From the IMG/VR virus record IMGVR_UViG_3300036945_000745: DNA of 64,000 bases. The stretch is one strand, 5' to 3'. Of the stretch, positions 46,201 to 56,252 are shown in pieces. A program made the position numbers and the translations under genes. Position 1 is the stretch's first letter; each line of letters begins with the position of its first letter. The notes beneath the pieces are model-generated. The model was not told where the DNA came from and made no database searches. It saw only the letters and a program-made list of their open reading frames with translations. The DNA comes from a virus. Taxonomy: Duplodnaviria; Heunggongvirae; Uroviricota; Caudoviricetes.

Positions 46201-47424
46201 TTAATTACTTAGTGGTGCTTTTATAGGTGAGTGTGATTGATAATTTTCAATTTGGAAATCGGAAATTTCAAATCCTTTTAAATTTGTTTTTAATGGTCCA
46301 ATTCCACATTCACCACCTTCGGTTTGCCAGAATTCAGTATTAATGTTCAATTTGGGCAATTTGAAAGGTTCTCTCGTTGAATATGGTATTTTATATGAAT
46401 CGTAATACTCACTCATCCCACCACCAAACGGCATTAATTCATCAACAGCTTTATTGTAATTTTCTTTACCCATTGATTGCTTTAATAATTCAACTCGTTC
46501 TTCATTGGTGTACTTTCTTCCAATTTGTTCTTTTGCTTGCTCAATATGATTTGAATATAAATGAGTATCGCCTAAGTTACCAATTAATTCATCGGGTATC
46601 ATATCTACTTCATTTGCTATAATGTGAAGTAGTAATCCATATGAAGCAATATTAAAAGGTAATCCTAAAAATGTATCTACACTTCGTTGATTCCACATTA
46701 GAGAAATTGCTCTTTTAGGTATATTTTCTTCATCTAAATCTTTGTTGGTAATCTTTTCTAAAAATCTTTCAACTTTTTTACCTTGCATAAATAAATTAAC
46801 TCTTTCGCCTATACTCAACTCTCTTGTATATAATTGGAATCCATAGTGGCAAGGTGGTAATACCATTTGGTTTAACTCTGCTACATTCCAAGCCGATACC
46901 ATTAATCTTCTACTATCGGGATTTGTTTTAAGTTCTTTTACCAAATCATCTATTTGGTCAGTTCCTCTACCATTCCAATTTCTCCACTGCGCACCATAAA
47001 TTGGTCCTAATTCTCCCCATTGTTTTGCAAATTCAGGAACTGTCTTAATTAGATTTTCAAACTCCTTAACATCAGGATATGATTTTTCTAATTGTTCGGG
47101 AGTCATTTTATCACTCCATTCCTTTTTATGCGCTTCAACATATCTTTTGTAAGCATCACCAGTCCAAATGTGGCAATCATTATCAACTAAATACTTAATA
47201 TTAGTATCTCCTCGTAAAAACCATAGCAATTCGGTTACAATTGATTTCCATGCCATTTTCTTTGTAGTAAGTAATGGAAACCCTTCGCTCATTTTATGGC
47301 GAATTTGTCTACCAAATACTGAAGTTGTTCCGGTACCGGTTCTATCCTCTTTCTTTACTCCATTATCCAAAATATCTTGCAATAAGTTCTGATATTTCTC
47401 ATCTAATGTATTCATAAATCCCAT
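46201..47424 (-). CDS. thyA: thymidylate synthase (ThyA family) with internal insertions
   Basis: DRTGTGT; catalytic MVLPPCHYGFQLY; FLGLPFNIASYGLLLHIIA (Asn-type specificity loop); GDTHLYSNH. Confidence 0.9.
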   Translation of the reverse strand: MGFMNTLDEKYQNLLQDILDNGVKKEDRTGTGTTSVFGRQIRHKMSEGFPLLTTKKMAWKSIVTELLWFLRGDTNIKYLVDNDCHIWTGDAYKRYVEAHKKEWSDKMTPEQLEKSYPDVKEFENLIKTVPEFAKQWGELGPIYGAQWRNWNGRGTDQIDDLVKELKTNPDSRRLMVSAWNVAELNQMVLPPCHYGFQLYTRELSIGERVNLFMQGKKVERFLEKITNKDLDEENIPKRAISLMWNQRSVDTFLGLPFNIASYGLLLHIIANEVDMIPDELIGNLGDTHLYSNHIEQAKEQIGRKYTNEERVELLKQSMGKENYNKAVDELMPFGGGMSEYYDSYKIPYSTREPFKLPKLNINTEFWQTEGGECGIGPLKTNLKGFEISDFQIENYQSHSPIKAPLSN

Positions 47425-47499
47425 TTACTTTTCTTTTTTCTTTTAAATCTATCCAATATCAATTCTATTAAGAACGAAATTATCTTTAACATATATTAT

Positions 47500-47676
47500 T
47501 CATCTCGCTTCATTAATAGGTTATGGATTGGTGTCCAAATACAATATACACCTATTGCTTCCAAAAAGTTTAATTTTGGGAAATTTGGAACTATTTGTGT
47601 AACATATGATAATGCCAATCCAATTACACAGGTTACGATTGTAACGTTAGTGACTAATTTTAGTTTTTCGTTCATT
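47500..47676 (-). CDS. small single-TM protein directly downstream of the endolysin (holin candidate; 59 aa, below the ORF-track cut-off)
   Basis: Manual translation MNEKLKLVTNVTIVTCVIGLALSYVTQIV...; position only. Confidence 0.3.
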
Positions 47677-47697
47677 TATTTGTAGTTTATATTGTAA

Positions 47698-47712
47698 CAA
47701 ATATACGAAAAG
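47698..47712 (-). promoter_or_regulatory. promoter between the endolysin terminator and the holin-candidate/thyA genes
   Basis: Plus-strand caaatatacgaaaag, i.e. CTTTTCGTATATTTG on the minus strand. Confidence 0.45.
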
Positions 47713-47728
47713 TTTGTTACAAATCCAA

Positions 47729-47756
47729 ATAAAAAAGGGAAAACTTTCGTTCTCCC
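47729..47756 (-). terminator. terminator after the endolysin gene (hairpin is also T-flanked on the plus strand)
   Basis: GGGAAAAC-UUUC-GUUCUCCC with A/T runs on both sides. Confidence 0.45.
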
Positions 47757-47763
47757 TTTTCTT

Positions 47764-48606
47764 TTATGCTAATAAATGATAATATTCTTTAAAGTGTTTA
47801 ATTCTATCGGCTAATCCGATAGTTCCACCATTTACTCTTTTTGTGATTGATGTTACTGCCGTATCACTTGCCCCACCATCTGCTAATTTGTTTAATCCGT
47901 TTTTTGACCAGAACCAAGCTGCCGATGCTAATGCGTATTTAGATGATACCAAATCTGGGTTAGATGGAATATCTACTCCAATTGCTTTACCAAATTGAGT
48001 GTAATTATCTCTACCTGTCAATTGGATATATCCTCTTCCTCTGAATTTATAGCCATCTCCACTTGCTTCAGAACCATTAGCCATACGATTTGCATAAACT
48101 TTGTTTGCAATCTTTTGTGGTTGTCTAGCATATGGAGTTGCTGCTGCTTCCGTTGGGAAATATTTCTTAAATATACCATTCAATCCTTTTGCTGAATAGT
48201 TTAAGTTTTCTTGCGTTACTCTGAATCCACCGCTTTCGTGTCCACATTGTGCTAAAAAGTGTGCTACTCTCAATGGAGTATTAATTCCAAATTTAGAAGC
48301 AACTTCTGGTATTGAATCGATTACAACTTGAGGAACGTGTCCTTTAAGTTTATCTAATTTTAATCCTGCAACTTGTGGCGCCGGAGTTGTAGCTATTGGT
48401 TGTGGCGTTGGTGTAGTTGAACCTACATTCATAACCTTTGCCCAAGTTCCATCACCTACTATACCATCTGCTGTTAATCCATGTTTTGATTGAAAAGCTT
48501 TCACAGCTTCTTCGGTTTTTGGACCAAAGTTACCAATTGGCTCTATTCCTAATTTTGTTTGTAATAATTTAACGTTTTCGTTGTTGTCACCTTTTTTAAG
48601 TAGCAT
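47764..48606 (-). CDS. endolysin: PG_binding_1 domain plus GH19 muramidase/chitinase-like domain
   Basis: N-terminal LLQTKLGIEPIGNFGPKTEEAVKAFQSKHGLTADGIVG; GH19 signatures AQCGHESGGF and YKFRGRGYIQLTGRDNY. Confidence 0.8.
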   Translation of the reverse strand: MLLKKGDNNENVKLLQTKLGIEPIGNFGPKTEEAVKAFQSKHGLTADGIVGDGTWAKVMNVGSTTPTPQPIATTPAPQVAGLKLDKLKGHVPQVVIDSIPEVASKFGINTPLRVAHFLAQCGHESGGFRVTQENLNYSAKGLNGIFKKYFPTEAAATPYARQPQKIANKVYANRMANGSEASGDGYKFRGRGYIQLTGRDNYTQFGKAIGVDIPSNPDLVSSKYALASAAWFWSKNGLNKLADGGASDTAVTSITKRVNGGTIGLADRIKHFKEYYHLLA

Positions 48607-48618
48607 AGTTCTCTGAAT

Positions 48619-49389
48619 TTAATATTTGGTTACTATTTTATAATCAAGTATAGATATTGGTTGAACGATGATTTCGTTCCATAAAGATGTTTTATTTTCT
48701 TTACACTCTGCCCAATTTCTACAAAGATTGTTCTCATTATCAGGATAAGAGAATCTAAATAAATTAGCTGCTCTATTTCCTTTATCAGTTGCGAAAGATT
48801 TCACATCCGATTGAAATGCGGCTACCAACCTACCTTTTAGTTTTACCAAAACATTACTTTCAGGTCTAAAAAACTCCTTTTGTTGTACAGTAAAAGTTGA
48901 TAACGAATATGTGTAACCTGATTGTAAACTATCTACTAAGTTTTTCATACCTTCGGGCGATGTCCAATGCATCGTTTCTACTTCAACGTTTGCATCGCCA
49001 TATGTATCTTGTGTAAATTGTTTATCCAATAAGATGTAGGGTTCTATTGCCCCTCTACTTTGAAAAAATGCTATCTTATCATTTTGTATATTAACAATGT
49101 ATTCTGCAAATTCATCAGCCAATGCCCAAACTCTATGGTTTATGAAATCTTCGATAAAATCTAATACATTCTTTTTTGTAAGGTCTGAATATAATTCCGT
49201 TTCAATGTACAATTGATATCCGAAGTATTTGTTTATTAAACCAACTAATTCGGCATTATCATCGACCATACCACCCCTAACATCATATCCCTTTTTTTGT
49301 AATATCAAAAATTCTTTCGCAATTTCTTCCCACTCACTTATTGTGTGAAAGGTTGTTTCTGGTTTTTGATATCCTCTAACTGGGTACAT
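48619..49389 (-). CDS. hypothetical protein
   Basis: 256-aa ORF. Confidence 0.5.
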   Translation of the reverse strand: MYPVRGYQKPETTFHTISEWEEIAKEFLILQKKGYDVRGGMVDDNAELVGLINKYFGYQLYIETELYSDLTKKNVLDFIEDFINHRVWALADEFAEYIVNIQNDKIAFFQSRGAIEPYILLDKQFTQDTYGDANVEVETMHWTSPEGMKNLVDSLQSGYTYSLSTFTVQQKEFFRPESNVLVKLKGRLVAAFQSDVKSFATDKGNRAANLFRFSYPDNENNLCRNWAECKENKTSLWNEIIVQPISILDYKIVTKY

Positions 49390-49392
49390 AGT

Positions 49393-50439
49393 TTATCCTT
49401 TAGCGCCGGTATCAGCGGCTTTTGCTTTAATACCAATTGCTTCTGCAAATTTATTTGAACGATGTACTAATGGTACAATTGGTTCATCAATAACTCTAAC
49501 TTGCATTGGAATTTGTTCCTTTGGGTGAGATGCGTTATATGCTACAATTGCTGCCCATCTATGGTGTCCATCTAATACATATCCGTCATTCGAAACATAT
49601 ATAGGTGCGGTAATAGATGGATGCTTTGGATTTTCTTCCAATGCTTTTTCCATACCAGCTACTTTTACACCAACTAATTCAGATTGAGTTGCTTTTAATC
49701 TATCCGGTGGAACTGCCGCCGGCTGCGATACGTTTATACCTTGCTTCTCCAACATTTGTTTAAAGAACTCTTCGGTATCAGCTTCTCCACTTTTATCTTT
49801 TGGTAACTTATCGGCAGGAGAACCTGGTTCAGGCGTTCCTTTGAATTGTGGCATATCCTCACGAGGAATACCTTTGTTACCATCACAATATAAGTTGGTA
49901 CCTGGAATTGAAACCTGGCATAAATTAAAGTTTGGTGCTTTTTCACCACTTGCTTTTGCCTGATTACCTAACTCTGCCAACTTATCTATAATAGTAGATA
50001 TTTGTTGTCTTTCTACGGGAGTTACTTTGGATAATGGTTTGTTTGAAAAATCTGCACCTGGCATCAAATCTTTCAATTTGGGAATACCATTACTTTTTTC
50101 AGCAGATGTTTTTAAATCACTACCGCTCAATTTTTGTCCAGGTTTAGTGGGTGCAGTATTTTGTGGAGTTTGTTTTGGCTGAGGTTCGCCTTTTGGTAGT
50201 ACTCCATTATTAGCTTGCTTAGTTTTTTCAATTTCAGCAGGAGATGGTTTATCGTGTTTGGATGGGTCAAAGGTTTGAACCACATAAACGTTACCCGTCT
50301 TTTTGTTCTTTACAACATCTTCCTCCGTTAATAATGATTTAAGTTTTATCATTTTATCTACCTTGTCCTCTATATTTCTTTGGCTTTTGTTCTTTAGGGC
50401 CGAAATTCTTTTTAAATTTACCAGTTCCTTTTTTTCCAA
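49393..50439 (-). CDS. ParB-like nuclease-domain protein with low-complexity N-terminal half
   Basis: C-terminal SNDGYVLDGHHRWAAIVAYN (DGHHR ParB/Srx motif). Confidence 0.5.
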   Translation of the reverse strand: MEKKELVNLKRISALKNKSQRNIEDKVDKMIKLKSLLTEEDVVKNKKTGNVYVVQTFDPSKHDKPSPAEIEKTKQANNGVLPKGEPQPKQTPQNTAPTKPGQKLSGSDLKTSAEKSNGIPKLKDLMPGADFSNKPLSKVTPVERQQISTIIDKLAELGNQAKASGEKAPNFNLCQVSIPGTNLYCDGNKGIPREDMPQFKGTPEPGSPADKLPKDKSGEADTEEFFKQMLEKQGINVSQPAAVPPDRLKATQSELVGVKVAGMEKALEENPKHPSITAPIYVSNDGYVLDGHHRWAAIVAYNASHPKEQIPMQVRVIDEPIVPLVHRSNKFAEAIGIKAKAADTGAKG

Positions 50440-50518
50440 AGGAAGCCTTTTGTGCGGTATTCGCAGATTTTGCTTTTGCCATCTAAAAATTAAGTTATTC
50501 TCTGATTGATTTGATTGA

Positions 50519-50785
50519 TTACTTTACTTTTGGTGTAGAAGCCTTTTTAGCCTTTACAGTTTTAGCAACTGTTTCTACAACATTGATTGCTGCTTCATTT
50601 TCGGAAACGATTTCTGCGGCTTGTTTAGTAGCCTTTTTTGCCTTTGAAATTCCCGATTTAACTTTTTGAGTTACTTTCTTTGTTTCAGGTGCAATTACTT
50701 CCACTTGATTTACAAATATTTCAGCAGCGTTTTCAATCTGTTCTGCTTTTGCAAAAAGATTTTTAATAAATGCGAATAATCCCAT
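50519..50785 (-). CDS. Ala/Lys-rich small protein
   Basis: 88 aa, AKKA repeats. Confidence 0.4.
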   Translation of the reverse strand: MGLFAFIKNLFAKAEQIENAAEIFVNQVEVIAPETKKVTQKVKSGISKAKKATKQAAEIVSENEAAINVVETVAKTVKAKKASTPKVK

Positions 50786-50849
50786 TGTTTTTGTTTTTAG
50801 TTAAAGATTTATTTTAAATATAAATATAAAAAATTTTTAGATTAAATTA

Positions 50850-51278
50850 TTATAGTTGATTTTTTAATTCTGATGAAGATTGTATTTTATCGCCTAATCC
50901 ATCTACTAATGATATTCCCAATTCATTACATAAATCTTTCTCCAAAATAGTATCTCCAAATTGGTCTCCGCCATTTGTAAATATGTATTTATCAGCTTTT
51001 ATGAATTTATGAATGAAATCTATACTACGTTTTACACTTCTATCCTCATCTATGGATATTAAAGTGTAATTTACACATTTTAATTCATCTATAATATCTT
51101 TTCTTTCTAATTCATTTTGAAATGGTTTAGAGCCTTTTAATCCAACTTGCATATCATTGTTAATAATGACTATAAGTGAATCTCCCAACTCTCTACTTCT
51201 TTTAAGATATTCGATGTGTCCTTTGTGTAATGGATTAAAATATCCACTTGCTATTACTAATGTTTTAATCTTCGCCAT
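50850..51278 (-). CDS. cytidylyltransferase-like nucleotidyltransferase (TagD/RfaE-domain-II type)
   Basis: IASGYFNPLHKGHIEYLK (HxGH motif); 142 aa. Confidence 0.6.
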   Translation of the reverse strand: MAKIKTLVIASGYFNPLHKGHIEYLKRSRELGDSLIVIINNDMQVGLKGSKPFQNELERKDIIDELKCVNYTLISIDEDRSVKRSIDFIHKFIKADKYIFTNGGDQFGDTILEKDLCNELGISLVDGLGDKIQSSSELKNQL

Positions 51279-51513
51279 ATAGTGAGAATCGTTTTACTTC
51301 TTTTTCTACTTCTTTAGATTTTATTATTTCTACCGTTCCCTTTCTTGCTTCAATATAAAAATTGGTATCTTCATTAATTTGAAACCAACCTTCTAGAGCA
51401 TCAGTAAGAGATGGATAAATGCCTTTCTGACTACCATCGGCAAATATCCATCTATCTCCTGGAGGAACTCGTTTAAGAACTAATATTTTTTCTTCTTTGA
51501 GTTCTTTTTCCAT
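51265..51513 (-). CDS. hypothetical protein
   Basis: 82-aa ORF. Confidence 0.4.
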   Translation of the reverse strand: MEKELKEEKILVLKRVPPGDRWIFADGSQKGIYPSLTDALEGWFQINEDTNFYIEARKGTVEIIKSKEVEKEVKRFSLYGED

Positions 51514-51515
51514 AA

Positions 51516-51722
51516 TTAAAATACTTCTAAGATTTTAGTATCGGATACCTTAACTACTTCATATTCCAAATTCACACCTTCAGATACGAATTTTTGAACC
51601 AATTTAGCTTCCGCTTCGGTTACCGATAAGGCATCAACTAAATAGTTTTCTCTGTTCTTTTTAATTTTACCTTTTGCATCTTCCACTTCGACTGCTACCA
51701 TTACTGAATAATACTTTGCCAT
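51516..51722 (-). CDS. hypothetical protein
   Basis: 68-aa ORF. Confidence 0.4.
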   Translation of the reverse strand: MAKYYSVMVAVEVEDAKGKIKKNRENYLVDALSVTEAEAKLVQKFVSEGVNLEYEVVKVSDTKILEVF

Positions 51723-51792
51723 AATTTTGTTTTTTGTTAATTATTTATTTTATTTAATGTTTCAAATATACAATTATTTTTGGAAATTACCA

Positions 51793-51818
51793 AATAAAAA
51801 AGGGAGAATTTATCTCCC
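51793..51818 (-). terminator. intrinsic terminator
   Basis: Minus-strand GGGAGAUAAAUUCUCCC followed by UUUUUU. Confidence 0.5.
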
Positions 51819-51824
51819 TTTAAT

Positions 51825-52007
51825 TTAATTACCACTCTTAGTTTCTTCAACCGATGCTTGTCTATAATCGGTAACCAATTTCTTTAAGTCACCAATTGCA
51901 GTTCTTGCATTTTTTTTAGATACTTTAGTTGTCTTGTTGTGTTCTTCTTCAAATTTTGTAAACAACGATTTCATTGTTTCGAAAATTTCCTGCGTCTTAC
52001 TAGCCAT
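51825..52007 (-). CDS. hypothetical protein
   Basis: 60-aa ORF. Confidence 0.35.
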   Translation of the reverse strand: MASKTQEIFETMKSLFTKFEEEHNKTTKVSKKNARTAIGDLKKLVTDYRQASVEETKSGN

Positions 52008-52060
52008 AATTTTAATTTTTAATTAAACAAATATAAGGAGATTATTTTAAATTAACAAAT

Positions 52061-52261
52061 TTATCTTCCCCTTTTTCTTTTCAGCTCCATTTCTTTTAGA
52101 TATTTTGCTGTGTATTTATTTTCAACGGATATTGGTCCGAATGGTTGCTTATTTAAATCGTATTTCCAAATCGATGTACAATCCTCATCTTCGAATATGT
52201 ATTCAAATTTGCGAGGTTTTTCGGTTTTACTATTATTCTCTTTAATTACTTTCATACTCAA
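52061..52261 (-). CDS. hypothetical protein
   Basis: 66-aa ORF. Confidence 0.35.
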   Translation of the reverse strand: MSMKVIKENNSKTEKPRKFEYIFEDEDCTSIWKYDLNKQPFGPISVENKYTAKYLKEMELKRKRGR

Positions 52262-52273
52262 ATATACGGAAAA
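52259..52273 (-). promoter_or_regulatory. promoter upstream of 52061..52261
   Basis: Plus-strand caaatatacggaaaa. Confidence 0.4.
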
Positions 52274-53326
52274 TTATCCAATTTGCCAAGTTCTAAGACC
52301 AAATTGTGTCCAAGTAAATGGTTGATAGTATCCTATTTTTAATTTATCCAATGCATTTATAACGTTATACTTTGTATTGTTTGGACAATAAAAAATCATA
52401 AAACCTCCTCCACCTGCTCCACTTATCTTACCACCAGTTGCGCCTGATTGTATAGCGGTTTCATAAATCTTATTAATCTCGGGATTGGTAATATTACTTG
52501 CTAATTGAGATTTTTGTTTGAATCCATAATCTAATATCTCACCCAAACCATCTATGTTACCTTTGATTAAACAATCTTTAATCATCTTTGCTTGCTCAAC
52601 CAATGCGTGTAAAGAAAGTATTGATGTTTTACTATTGTTTTCAATTCGGCTTATTTGCTCTTCTAATATATCCGTACTTTTACGAGATGAATTTGTATAA
52701 TATAAAACTATATTATTTGCTAATTCATTTTGAATTTTATCTTTTATTCGTAATGGGTTTACTATAACATCATTACCTTTAAATTCCATATAATTCCATC
52801 CTCCAAACGCAGCTGCATATTGGTCTTGCTTTCCACCATTCTCTTTCAATTCATTTCTTTCGATTTGAACTGCCATATCTGCTATATCATATTCACCTAA
52901 TGGTAAATTAAATAATTCCTGATAAACTCCTATCAATGAAACTATGAGAGTAGATGATGTCCCCAATCCACTTCCCGTTGGTACGTCTTGATATGTAACT
53001 ATATCATAACCAATTGGTTCTAAATTAAAACGCTTGAATATGTGATTGTGGGTTGCTTTAAACAGCTTTAAACCATCGGAACAATCTAACTCATTTGAAA
53101 ACGAATGCTGCTCTCTTTCATCCTTATTTACCCATTCAAACGTAACAACATTATCATCTCTTAATTGAAGGGACGTATGTGTAAATAAATGTAAAGTTAC
53201 ATTGATGACGGCTCCGGTGTGGTTTTTTGAAAATGATAATATATCAGTTCCACCACCACCTAAACTAATCCTGAACGGGACTTTGCTCCTGTATATTTTC
53301 TTCATCTGCATATCCGTTTTCTTCAT
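52274..53326 (-). CDS. GHMP-family sugar kinase
   Basis: Motif 2 PTGSGLGTSS; C-terminal GATGGKISGAGGGGFMIFY (motif 3). Confidence 0.7.
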   Translation of the reverse strand: MKKTDMQMKKIYRSKVPFRISLGGGGTDILSFSKNHTGAVINVTLHLFTHTSLQLRDDNVVTFEWVNKDEREQHSFSNELDCSDGLKLFKATHNHIFKRFNLEPIGYDIVTYQDVPTGSGLGTSSTLIVSLIGVYQELFNLPLGEYDIADMAVQIERNELKENGGKQDQYAAAFGGWNYMEFKGNDVIVNPLRIKDKIQNELANNIVLYYTNSSRKSTDILEEQISRIENNSKTSILSLHALVEQAKMIKDCLIKGNIDGLGEILDYGFKQKSQLASNITNPEINKIYETAIQSGATGGKISGAGGGGFMIFYCPNNTKYNVINALDKLKIGYYQPFTWTQFGLRTWQIG

Positions 53327-53855
53327 ACCAATGTTTTACATTTCTATCACCTACCAATAAGAAGAAGCAATTATAACATAATGGTCTGATATTTTCTAAT
53401 TTACGATTATTAAGATTACCATCTAAAAAATCTATAAGTAATGGCATCTTACCATCGGTAATTCTTTCTTCTCCAAATCCACAGCTACCACATACTTTTG
53501 GAACATATCCACTATCAAATAATTTATTTTTAAATTTATGTAATGGATATCTAATATGCTTACCTGCGATTAAATCATCTATGTGATATTTTTTGTTTTT
53601 TATTTTCTTAGCTTTCTCAATTCCGATACCATATGGATTTTTTAAGTTTTCGAATAATCCATATAATTTAGCATATTTTTTATAGGTGTTGTATGATACA
53701 CCCAATGTTCTTGCTGCTTCAAACGCAGAGCGTGATTTTTCTTGTGCTGCTTTAATTTGAGATTCCAATAAAGGTTTTGCGCCTAATCCTCTTTTTGTAG
53801 TTCTACTATTGGGTTCTATATTTGGAAAAAATTCTTCTACTTCTTGGTTTTCCAT
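53265..53855 (-). CDS. HNH/zinc-finger endonuclease-like protein
   Basis: CGSCGFGEE...NLNNRKLENIRPLCYNCF. Confidence 0.4.
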   Translation of the reverse strand: MENQEVEEFFPNIEPNSRTTKRGLGAKPLLESQIKAAQEKSRSAFEAARTLGVSYNTYKKYAKLYGLFENLKNPYGIGIEKAKKIKNKKYHIDDLIAGKHIRYPLHKFKNKLFDSGYVPKVCGSCGFGEERITDGKMPLLIDFLDGNLNNRKLENIRPLCYNCFFLLVGDRNVKHWYEENGYADEENIQEQSPVQD

Positions 53856-53889
53856 ACTAATAACATTTAATTTTATACTAATAAGTATA

Positions 53890-54336
53890 TCAAATCAAAA
53901 TTTTTATTAACTTATTAAATGTATTATCGGGAGAATCGGATGTATCCATATCCATATAAAATTCAATTGGTGGTTCATAATCCAATGCAAAGAAGTTTTC
54001 TCTACCTCTCATTTTTTTAGTATGACAATATATTTCCTGAACATTACATTCGGATTTTAACTTTTCTCGCAATTCTCTATAAGGAGCAACCAATGATATT
54101 ACAACATCGGTATTGTTACTATCCAAATATTTAGCAATATCAAATGCTTTTTGAATATTACGTTCTCTTCCTTCTTTGGAATAATCTGTGTTTGGGAATA
54201 ATTCTCTTAATTGGTCACCATCAATGTGGAATACGGATTTTCTCCAATTCTTTTTATCAGTTTGAAGAAAGTATTGTAATTTTTTTGCCAAAGTAGTTTT
54301 ACCACTACCTGGCTGACCTGTGAAAAGGTATATCAT
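53890..54336 (-). CDS. P-loop kinase (AAA_33/APS-kinase-like)
   Basis: Walker A MIYLFTGQPGSGKTTLAKKL. Confidence 0.5.
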   Translation of the reverse strand: MIYLFTGQPGSGKTTLAKKLQYFLQTDKKNWRKSVFHIDGDQLRELFPNTDYSKEGRERNIQKAFDIAKYLDSNNTDVVISLVAPYRELREKLKSECNVQEIYCHTKKMRGRENFFALDYEPPIEFYMDMDTSDSPDNTFNKLIKILI

Positions 54337-54339
54337 AAC

Positions 54340-55173
54340 TTATTTTTTTAAACTACGTTGGGCTGCTTGATATGCTTTCGATTTTTCATCATATCCCAAT
54401 GCAGATTTTATTTTAATCATTCTACCCGTTTCAGGGTTTTTAATAGTTTTTTCTAAATCTTTTGGTAATAGTGATTTTAAACTTATATTATTACCTTTAA
54501 TATTATTTGATTTAGTTGGTTCGTTTTTAGTTTTCTTTACCGTTGTATCATTTTTAGGTAAGGATGGTATATTATGTTGAACATGCTTAACCTTCAAAGA
54601 TACATTTGGATATTTTTTAGATAATTCCTTTACTGCTGAAACATTTTTATGCGAATCATCTATAAAGAATACATCATTAACTCCATCTTTAATTTTACTT
54701 TCTATCCAATCTGCTTTCTTTTGTGGATTCGCATCTGCCAATGCTATTACATATATGTTATCCAATCCGATATCCGAAAGATATTGTTTTACCGGCTTAT
54801 ATGCGGCTCTTGCAGTCAATATAACAACTTCAGAACCGCCAACTCTTACTACATTTTTAAGTAATCTAGTAACACCTTTAATTTCTTGTGGTTGTTTTAC
54901 TTTTTCAAAATCGGAAAAATCAAACTTATCATCATCCTTTGGCTCATACACTGCGTATTCGCCGGGGGTTAGTTTTGATTTTTTACCATCACCATGTGTT
55001 ATGTATATATTCGAATTAGTCTGAACTAACGTATCATCAAAATCAAATACTCTTAATTTTTTACTATCAGCTTCGTTTAATGGATTAAATGCGAAAGCGT
55101 TTAAGTTTGAATATACTTTTCCAAACTCAACCTTCATACCATTCCACATACCTGATGTAAAGTTATTAACCAT
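54340..55173 (-). CDS. HAD-family hydrolase with Lys-rich C-terminal tail
   Basis: Motif I RVFDFDDTLV; tail shared with 11803..12552. Confidence 0.5.
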   Translation of the reverse strand: MVNNFTSGMWNGMKVEFGKVYSNLNAFAFNPLNEADSKKLRVFDFDDTLVQTNSNIYITHGDGKKSKLTPGEYAVYEPKDDDKFDFSDFEKVKQPQEIKGVTRLLKNVVRVGGSEVVILTARAAYKPVKQYLSDIGLDNIYVIALADANPQKKADWIESKIKDGVNDVFFIDDSHKNVSAVKELSKKYPNVSLKVKHVQHNIPSLPKNDTTVKKTKNEPTKSNNIKGNNISLKSLLPKDLEKTIKNPETGRMIKIKSALGYDEKSKAYQAAQRSLKK

Positions 55174-55483
55174 TTAATGTTTGCTTCTTTGTCTTTGGAA
55201 GTGCTTTTTCTAATTTATCATTTTCTTTGGTAAGGAACTCTACCTTAACGCTTAATGCTGCAACTTCTTTTGTAAGAGCTAAAACCATATTACGAAGGTC
55301 ATCTTTTTCTTTTCCAGCTGCAATTAATAGTGCTTCCAATTTTGCAATTCTATCTTTACAATCGTGTCTGATAAATTCTTCGTCTTTTTCTTTATTTATC
55401 GCTCGCTTTTCGTAATATCTCCAAGCTCCTGTCCCACCTAATACGGTTATTGCCGTAATTAATACCGAATACATATTCTCCAT
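55166..55483 (-). CDS. membrane-anchored coiled-coil protein
   Basis: TM helix plus heptads. Confidence 0.45.
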   Translation of the reverse strand: MENMYSVLITAITVLGGTGAWRYYEKRAINKEKDEEFIRHDCKDRIAKLEALLIAAGKEKDDLRNMVLALTKEVAALSVKVEFLTKENDKLEKALPKTKKQTLNG

Positions 55484-55498
55484 AATTAATTCTTTTTC

Positions 55499-56188
55499 TT
55501 ATACAAATAATCTAAATGAAAGAATAACATCATTATCTATTTTTAAATTTCTTACTACATGCTTTTCAAAATCGTAAGCCGGATTGATTACAGTTGCTTT
55601 AGCTATTACTCCGTTTTTAATAAAGTGTGGTTGTAATCCAGAAAAGTTATCTTGTCTGAACATAAACACATCTTTAGGAGAATCTTTTGATATTTTAATT
55701 ATCTTCATCAAACCACTCTTACCAACAAAGCATCCACCTTTACAACTACTTCCACCATAAGTTTGACCTTTGGTAAATGATTCTTTTAACATTGGCTCTC
55801 TTTCACCATCATCACCATCCATTGCATCATGTACTGAATTCAAATTCTCTAAAGCGATTGTAAGTTGAGAATACATCCAAGAATCCAATTCCTGTCCTTC
55901 TTTCATTCGGGTCTCAATCATATTTGCATAATCAGCAATTCTTTCCAAATTCCCCATTGCCATATCCTTTAATCCTGCTAAAGTTTCTTCTGGCGAAGAA
56001 TTATCATCACCTTCTTGCATTTTATGTTTAAGCAATTCGGTCATTTTATTAAATACTTGCTCTCCCCCATTTTCTCCTAAACGATACGCTCCACCTAATT
56101 TCTCATATACTTTTATTTTATGAGACATTGGAATTTGCTTTTCATTTACAGCTTTCCAAGCTTTTGGGTTTGTTACTTCGAATTTCAT
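55499..56188 (-). CDS. hypothetical protein
   Basis: 229-aa ORF. Confidence 0.5.
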   Translation of the reverse strand: MKFEVTNPKAWKAVNEKQIPMSHKIKVYEKLGGAYRLGENGGEQVFNKMTELLKHKMQEGDDNSSPEETLAGLKDMAMGNLERIADYANMIETRMKEGQELDSWMYSQLTIALENLNSVHDAMDGDDGEREPMLKESFTKGQTYGGSSCKGGCFVGKSGLMKIIKISKDSPKDVFMFRQDNFSGLQPHFIKNGVIAKATVINPAYDFEKHVVRNLKIDNDVILSFRLFV

Positions 56189-56252
56189 ATTACTATTAAT
56201 TATGTATATACGGATATAAATATTGAAAAAAATAAAGAAGTGTTAATAAATA

